Origin: Pelagomonas calceolata
Taxonomy: Eukaryota
NCBI GenBank assembly: GCA_918797485.1
Contig: CAKKNE010000002.1
Location: 4,216,001-4,280,000, forward strand
Direction of reading: 5' to 3'
DNA length: 64,000 nucleotides
Shown here: in pieces, positions 58,890 through 64,000 of the stretch
Layout of the letters: each line of letters starts with the position of its first letter
How positions within the stretch are numbered: the first letter of the stretch is position 1
Position numbers and translations under genes: made by a program
The notes under the pieces: generated by a model
Told to the model about the DNA's origin: nothing
The model's input: only the letters and a program-made list of their open reading frames with translations
The model's database searches: none

Positions 58890-60017
58890 ATGCGCACCTT
58901 GCTCGTCTCCGTAGCACTCGCGTCGGGCAAAGTAACGGACCTCCGCGGCCGCCTCGACGCGCTCAAAAGCGATCATATTAAGATGGCCTGCCCGCTCGGC
59001 AGTCTTGAGTTAAACGCCACCGAGGCGCGACTGCTGGCCCGAGACGCCGCCGACGTCCTTACCAAAGCCATCACATATATGCGTGACGGCGTCGGGAGGC
59101 TGCTTGGCGCTTTAGATCGCAAAGTCGCAGACCCGCGCTGGGTCGCCGGGCCGCTGCACGTGGACTCTGAATGTAGAGCAAAACTGGAAGCCGCGCTCGT
59201 GGCCGCGGCGTCGCCGGCGCGGGCCGCCGGCCGGCAGCTCGCATCAAAGGTCCTGGCGCGCGCGGCCGCGACGGTGAATACAGTGTATGTCGTCCACGTG
59301 CCCGAGCTCCCTTCACTAAATCCCATTCGAGATTCACTGAAGCCGGCGCTGCACGCCGTCCATCAAAGCAAGCAGCGCCTCGAGGCATCTGAATCGGTCT
59401 TTACGCGGGCGGCGCCCGTCGTCCTCGGCGCGCTGTGTCTCGGTATCGTCGGATGGGCCGCGGCCTACGTTACCTCAATGACATGGTCCGTAATCACATC
59501 AATCGCGTCGGTGCTCGTCTCATTAACGACGCTGGCGGCGCTCGCCGTCGTCGCGACCTTCAGCGTTTTTGCCGCGGGCGCCATGCAGCTGGAAGTGCTC
59601 GGTCTGTTCCGGCGGGACTTCGCCTTCCACCACGAGGCGGGCTTCCACCTCGTCCCGGCGGGCGCCGTCCCCTGTGCGTTACATGGCTGGCTGCCGTTGT
59701 ATTGCGGGCTGGTTGCCGCGGCGGCTCTTGCATTATTTTTCCTCGCGATCTATGCGCGGAGCCTCGTGGGTCGCTTGTTTTTTTGGCTGCGGCGGGCGAG
59801 AAAAATCGACGTCGACGCTGCGCTCATCGCCGCGGCGTCGGGTTCGGAGTGCGCGATCTGCTTCGAGGACCCGGCACAATTACTCGTGTTCCTGCCGTGC
59901 GGCCACCGGTGCGTCTGCGCGTCCTGCGCGGAGAGGATAGAAAGGCGGTGCCCGCTCTGCCGCGCGCGCGTGCGCGACCGCATCGCCGTCGTGGGGAAGC
60001 ATAAGTTCCGGGTATGA
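58890..60017 (+). CDS. Multi-TM protein with C-terminal C3HC4 RING finger (putative E3 ligase)
   Basis: Signal peptide, about 3 TMs, CAICFED..FLPCGHRCVCASC..CPLCR. Confidence 0.85.
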   Translation: MRTLLVSVALASGKVTDLRGRLDALKSDHIKMACPLGSLELNATEARLLARDAADVLTKAITYMRDGVGRLLGALDRKVADPRWVAGPLHVDSECRAKLEAALVAAASPARAAGRQLASKVLARAAATVNTVYVVHVPELPSLNPIRDSLKPALHAVHQSKQRLEASESVFTRAAPVVLGALCLGIVGWAAAYVTSMTWSVITSIASVLVSLTTLAALAVVATFSVFAAGAMQLEVLGLFRRDFAFHHEAGFHLVPAGAVPCALHGWLPLYCGLVAAAALALFFLAIYARSLVGRLFFWLRRARKIDVDAALIAAASGSECAICFEDPAQLLVFLPCGHRCVCASCAERIERRCPLCRARVRDRIAVVGKHKFRV

Positions 60018-60118
60018 CCTTACATTGTCGCGGCGACGGCGTCGAGCTCAAACCCGTCCGGAACCCCCGTTTTTGTTCGCTCTCGGCCGGGCAGGGGCTT
60101 CCCAAAAGGAAACCGCAG

Positions 60119-60139
60119 CTAGCGTCGTGTAGACACTAG
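60119..60139. promoter_or_regulatory. CTAG-N13-CTAG motif copy
   Basis: CTAGCGTCGTGTAGACACTAG then CAAACAAGC, about 200 bp upstream of ATG 60336. Confidence 0.55.
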
Positions 60140-60335
60140 CAAACAAGCAGCAGGCGGCCGGGCGGGCGAGGACGCCGCAGGGGTGCTCCCGCGCGGCCGC
60201 GATACACGCATTGATACGTTTGGACCGCATCGTCGCGCCTGCGTAACAGTTGTGCCGCCTAGGAGCGCTTGCCAGCAGCTCCTCAACTGCGACCAGTGTG
60301 GTACAGCCGCACAGACGCCGCGGCAGAAGCTGTGC

Positions 60336-61655
60336 ATGGGAAGGGCTAAGCATCGCAAGCTCAAGAAAGCCGGTACGAAAACACTGGTGTCCCTGGACAA
60401 AAAGCTGCCGAGCCGGCGCCCGCCCGAGCACAAGCGATTCCGAGAGCAGCAGATAGCCAAAGAGAAGATGGCGAAGAAAAAGCGAAAGGCCCCCGGGAGC
60501 CACCCGCCGATCAAGAGCCACGGCGACCTGCCGACGCCGAAGCAGCGCAGCCCCGCCGCCGAGGAGCGCCGCGCGGCCAAGCAGGAGAAGAAGCGCGCGA
60601 AGAAGCAGGCGAAGCGCGAGGCCGCGCGGTCGCCGGCCGCCGCCGCCGAGGCGCCCATGGCGCCGGCCGCGGCACCTGCACAACCGCCGGCGACGCCCAA
60701 GCCCCTGTCCAACTGGCTCGGGAAGTTTTTGAGCACGCCGCGGTCTACCGATATAATTGACGCCTCGGGGCTCGAGGACGCTCCGATGGACGACACGTAC
60801 ATGCGCGGCTTCGCGGACCGCTGCCGGCAGGAATCAAAACCGGAGGCGCACGACTCGTCCGACGACGAGTCCGTCCACGTGCCGCCGGCGCCGCCCGTCC
60901 AGGAGACGTTTTCCGTGTTCGTGGCCAACGTGCCCTTCGCCGTAAGTGAAGCGCAGGTCCGCGCGGTGTGCGCCGAGCCGGGCGGCCTCGTGGACTTCGA
61001 CCTGCCTTTATGTAGAGCCGGCGCGAACGCGGGGCGGCCCGCGGGCTACGCCATCTCTGCCTATGCGTCGCGCGACGCGGCGGAAAGGGCGGTCGAGGCG
61101 CTGGACGGCCGCGACTTCCTCGGGCGGGAGCTGAGGGCCAAGTTGGATGAGGAGGGCACGACCACCAATGGGCGAGCGTCGCCACCGTCCACGAGACGGA
61201 AGCCCCCCCAGAAGCGGCCGCGCTACTTCGACGACGGGGGCGACGGCGCGAGACCGGCGCGCCAGTCGAACGTCATGCGCTGCTTCCTCTGCGCCTCGGA
61301 CGCGCATCTGGCGGAGGCCTGCCCGAACCAGCTTTGTAGGAGGTGCCGCCGGCCGGGCCACGTCGCGCGGGACTGCCGGAACCCGCCGCGGCCGATGCCG
61401 GAGCTCTGCACGGCCTGCGGCGCCGTGGGCCACTCGTGGAAGTGGTGCGAGGCCGGCGACGGGGAAGCTAGATTGTCCGACGGCGCGACGTGCATGGTCT
61501 GTGGGCGCGAGGGCCACCTGATCTGCGGTGCCGTCGCGGGGCCGTCGACGCACGACGTCTACTGCGCGTGGTGCGCGCGCGCGGGGCACACGGAGCCGTC
61601 GTGCCCCATGAAGCAGGCGGGCGGGCGGCGGTCGCCGACGGGGAGTAGGTTCTAA
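60336..61655 (+). CDS. RRM + five CCHC zinc knuckles (Air1/ZCCHC7-like RNA-binding protein)
   Basis: SVFVANVPF..AGYA..ALDGRDFLGRELR; CFLC..H..C, CRRC..GHVARDC, CTAC..GH..C, CMVC..GH..C, CAWC..GH..C. Confidence 0.85.
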   Translation: MGRAKHRKLKKAGTKTLVSLDKKLPSRRPPEHKRFREQQIAKEKMAKKKRKAPGSHPPIKSHGDLPTPKQRSPAAEERRAAKQEKKRAKKQAKREAARSPAAAAEAPMAPAAAPAQPPATPKPLSNWLGKFLSTPRSTDIIDASGLEDAPMDDTYMRGFADRCRQESKPEAHDSSDDESVHVPPAPPVQETFSVFVANVPFAVSEAQVRAVCAEPGGLVDFDLPLCRAGANAGRPAGYAISAYASRDAAERAVEALDGRDFLGRELRAKLDEEGTTTNGRASPPSTRRKPPQKRPRYFDDGGDGARPARQSNVMRCFLCASDAHLAEACPNQLCRRCRRPGHVARDCRNPPRPMPELCTACGAVGHSWKWCEAGDGEARLSDGATCMVCGREGHLICGAVAGPSTHDVYCAWCARAGHTEPSCPMKQAGGRRSPTGSRF

Positions 61656-62262
61656 GTTTGTATATCGCGAGACGTTGTTCGCCGGTCGACTACTACCCTT
61701 CTTTCTTCGTCGACTATGCGTTCGGAGAGAGGCTGCCTCGGACTGAAGCCTCGTGACTGCAGTTTCATCTGCAGGCTCATCCACTCACGAGCTCTCCTCA
61801 CAGCCTGCAATTGAAGGTTGGCGAGTTCGAGATAAGCCGCGTCCACGCGAACGTCAATCATCACTAATTTCAAATCTATTATGGATCCGCTCGCCTGCTT
61901 TTTCGTACTGATCTTGGGTGGCGAAGTTTATGAGACTGCCAAGCTATTGAGAGGCCATTGGTTTGGCCTGCGAGGTCCCATCCGCCTGTTTGGCTTCCTC
62001 TCGCTTTAAGGAGACCGCGCTGGCGCGCCGGCGACAGCTGTCCACCCGAGGTAGCCGCCGGCGCGACGCGCGCGACTGCCGAGTCGCCGACGATTTGACA
62101 GCAAGCTGTACATAGAGTCTGGATGCGCACCGTGACGCGGTTTTGTGCTCAAGATCGAGGCTCGCGTCTCTCGCGCCACATACTAGTCTTTTGAGTAACC
62201 TGTCTCTTTTGTTTCGTGCTCCCCCAACGTCGTCGACGCGGCGTTCGGCGGATTACACACAA

Positions 62263-63165
62263 CTAAGAAGGCTTACGCCGCCGCCGTTCTCGAACGGAGT
62301 AGCCGTACTTCCGCAGCGCCCTCTTGGACAGGTCGTCCATCGCGTCGAAGCGATGCCTCGAGCGGCGCCACTTCGCGACCGTGTCCTTGCGAGCGAGGGA
62401 GCCCGTTCCCTCTTTACCGCTCGTGCCGAGGTCGCCCGAGAGCGCGTCGACGGCGGCCGCGACATTCACCGCGCCCGGCAGCACGGCATCTGCCATCCGG
62501 CGGAGCGTCGACGCAGCGCGCTTGCCGCGTAGGTCCTCCAAGCGCACGACGACCGACGGTAGGGCGAGATTGGCGAGGGTCGCATCGGTGGCTGTGTTCC
62601 AAATCGCCCAGATCGTGAGCTTGCGCAGGTGCGACGGCCGCTTGTCCGGCACGAGCGCCTCGCCGAACAATTCTAGCGGCCAGCCAGACGACGCCCCCAG
62701 CGCCTGGTCGCGGCCGTCCCGCACGACGTGGACGTAGGACGCGTTCGATAGGGGTAACCACGGCAACAACAACGAAAGTTCAGGTTCCTTGACGAGGAGC
62801 GCCTCGCCGCCGTCGGCCGTGCGCGCGTGGAACTTCGTGAGGCGTCCGCGGCGATACGTATGCAATTGCTTGCGCAGGATCCCGTCCAACGCTGCTGAAT
62901 CTGAACGAGACAGGAACGCGCGACTCGTCGGCAGCTCGCTTGCTGACCGCACGCGCCGCGCCAGCAAGCCCATGGCCTCGCAGCAGCCGACGCCCGAGTC
63001 CCAGGCCGCGTCGCCCCAGCCCCTGGCGCCCAGGTGCGCGAGCGCCTCGGCGGCGACTCTGGTTCCGCTCGACGGCAGGCCGCCGACGAAAATTGTCGTG
63101 ACGTCGCTGGTCTCCTGTGCGGCGTGAGAGCACACTGCTGCGAGGATGAGTGTGCTTGGTCTCAT
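62263..63165 (-). CDS. Sulfotransferase family protein (secretory pathway)
   Basis: Signal peptide; IFVGGLPSSGT (5'-PSB loop), VKEP, YVHVVRDGRD, VRLEDL. Confidence 0.8.
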   Translation of the reverse strand: MRPSTLILAAVCSHAAQETSDVTTIFVGGLPSSGTRVAAEALAHLGARGWGDAAWDSGVGCCEAMGLLARRVRSASELPTSRAFLSRSDSAALDGILRKQLHTYRRGRLTKFHARTADGGEALLVKEPELSLLLPWLPLSNASYVHVVRDGRDQALGASSGWPLELFGEALVPDKRPSHLRKLTIWAIWNTATDATLANLALPSVVVRLEDLRGKRAASTLRRMADAVLPGAVNVAAAVDALSGDLGTSGKEGTGSLARKDTVAKWRRSRHRFDAMDDLSKRALRKYGYSVRERRRRKPS

Positions 63166-63475
63166 CGGTTACAAGCTACCAGTGCCTCGCATCGATGGCG
63201 TGAGAGCATGCAGCAAGGATGAGTGGGCTGCCTACCATGGATCGGCTAAAGCTGGCCGCTGCCCCGCATCGATGGAGAGCGTATCATGCGCCATCAGTGC
63301 GGAATAATGCTGCCCTCGGTTGTGCTGCATTGGCTTCATTTGTGGCACACTGGCCCCACTAAGCTAGCTCACAGAGCGCGTGCGGGTTTTCGCGGATTCC
63401 TCCCTTTGGGCGTACTGAGACAGGTATATGCTTAAACAGAGTCTTCGTCACAATCGGCACGCACGCCGTCGCCGC

Positions 63476-64000
63476 TCACAACCCCCGCTTCGCGACCGCC
63501 GCGTCGAGGCGCGCCTCGGTGGCCTCCCACAGCGCGTCCGCGAGCGCGTCGTCTTTCGCCTGGTCCGAGCGCTTCGACGCGACGGCGCAGTCGTCGAGGT
63601 ACTCGCCACGCGGGAGGTTTGGAGCGACGGCGGCCCAGACCGTCGTCGCCGCGCCCTGGGGAATGCTCTTGTCCGCCATGAAGCGGCCGAGGAGAAAGCC
63701 GCCGAGGCCGCCGGCCGCCGCCGTCTCGCGCCATAAAGGCGTGCGGATGACGCCCGGGTGCAGCGAGACCGCGGTCACGGTCTCCGGGAGGCGCTTCGCC
63801 AACGCCTTGGCAAACAATATATTCGCGAGCTTCGAGTTGCCGTAGGCGCCCCACGGCGAGTACTTCACCTGCTTAAAGTCGAGGTCGAGGCTCTCTGCAC
63901 TCCACTCCTGGGCGGCGAAGCCGTGCGCCGTGCTCGCCACCACCACGACGCGCGACGGCGTTTCCATCGTACCCCGCGCCTCGAGCTTGGGTCGCAGGAG
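63476..64000 (-). CDS. Short-chain dehydrogenase/reductase (RDH/WWOX-like), 3' part
   Basis: RVVVVASTAH, YGNSKLANILF (YxxxK), SLHPGVIRT, QGAATTVWAA; 5' end lies outside the window. Confidence 0.9.
   Translation of the reverse strand, partial: LLRPKLEARGTMETPSRVVVVASTAHGFAAQEWSAESLDLDFKQVKYSPWGAYGNSKLANILFAKALAKRLPETVTAVSLHPGVIRTPLWRETAAAGGLGGFLLGRFMADKSIPQGAATTVWAAVAPNLPRGEYLDDCAVASKRSDQAKDDALADALWEATEARLDAAVAKRGL

Noticed and set aside
11771..60017. Apparent ubiquitin-system cluster (two HECTs, F-box helicase, RING)
   Set aside because: Scattered over 48 kb among unrelated genes; these are large families and the density is plausible by chance.
61652..62130. Short minus-strand ORFs between the zinc-knuckle and sulfotransferase genes
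   Set aside because: No consistent frame, start or family; may be a decayed gene but cannot be supported.

Overview
A gene-dense, very GC-rich, intron-poor eukaryotic nuclear window with about 38 protein-coding genes. It encodes spliceosome factors, HECT/RING ubiquitin ligases, an axonemal dynein subunit and several proteins with signal peptide + ASAFAP-like plastid presequences. This fits a flagellated photosynthetic stramenopile, probably a pelagophyte (Pelagomonas/Aureococcus-like; inferred). Most long ORFs in the six-frame track are antisense or frame shadows. Main unexplained features: (1) a circularly permuted tRNA-Ile(UAU) gene at 37557-37631 (-), with its 3' part before its 5' part and a 3-nt linker. 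(2) About 550 bp away, a degenerate tRNA-Arg-like sequence inside a GC-AG intron with terminal inverted repeats in a PARG-like gene; a NYN + metallophosphoesterase + RuvC-like fusion gene lies next to them. (3) An oriented intergenic CTAG-N12-14-CTAG motif found at least 12 times, mostly 130-280 bp upstream of start codons. (4) Unusual architectures: Tudor-like/nitrilase/SANT, a type-I membrane HECT ligase, PhyH-LRR, a plastid-targeted NSF-like ATPase, and a stand-alone subtilase prodomain whose stop overlaps the next ATG. All family calls are motif recognition by eye; no database search was run.
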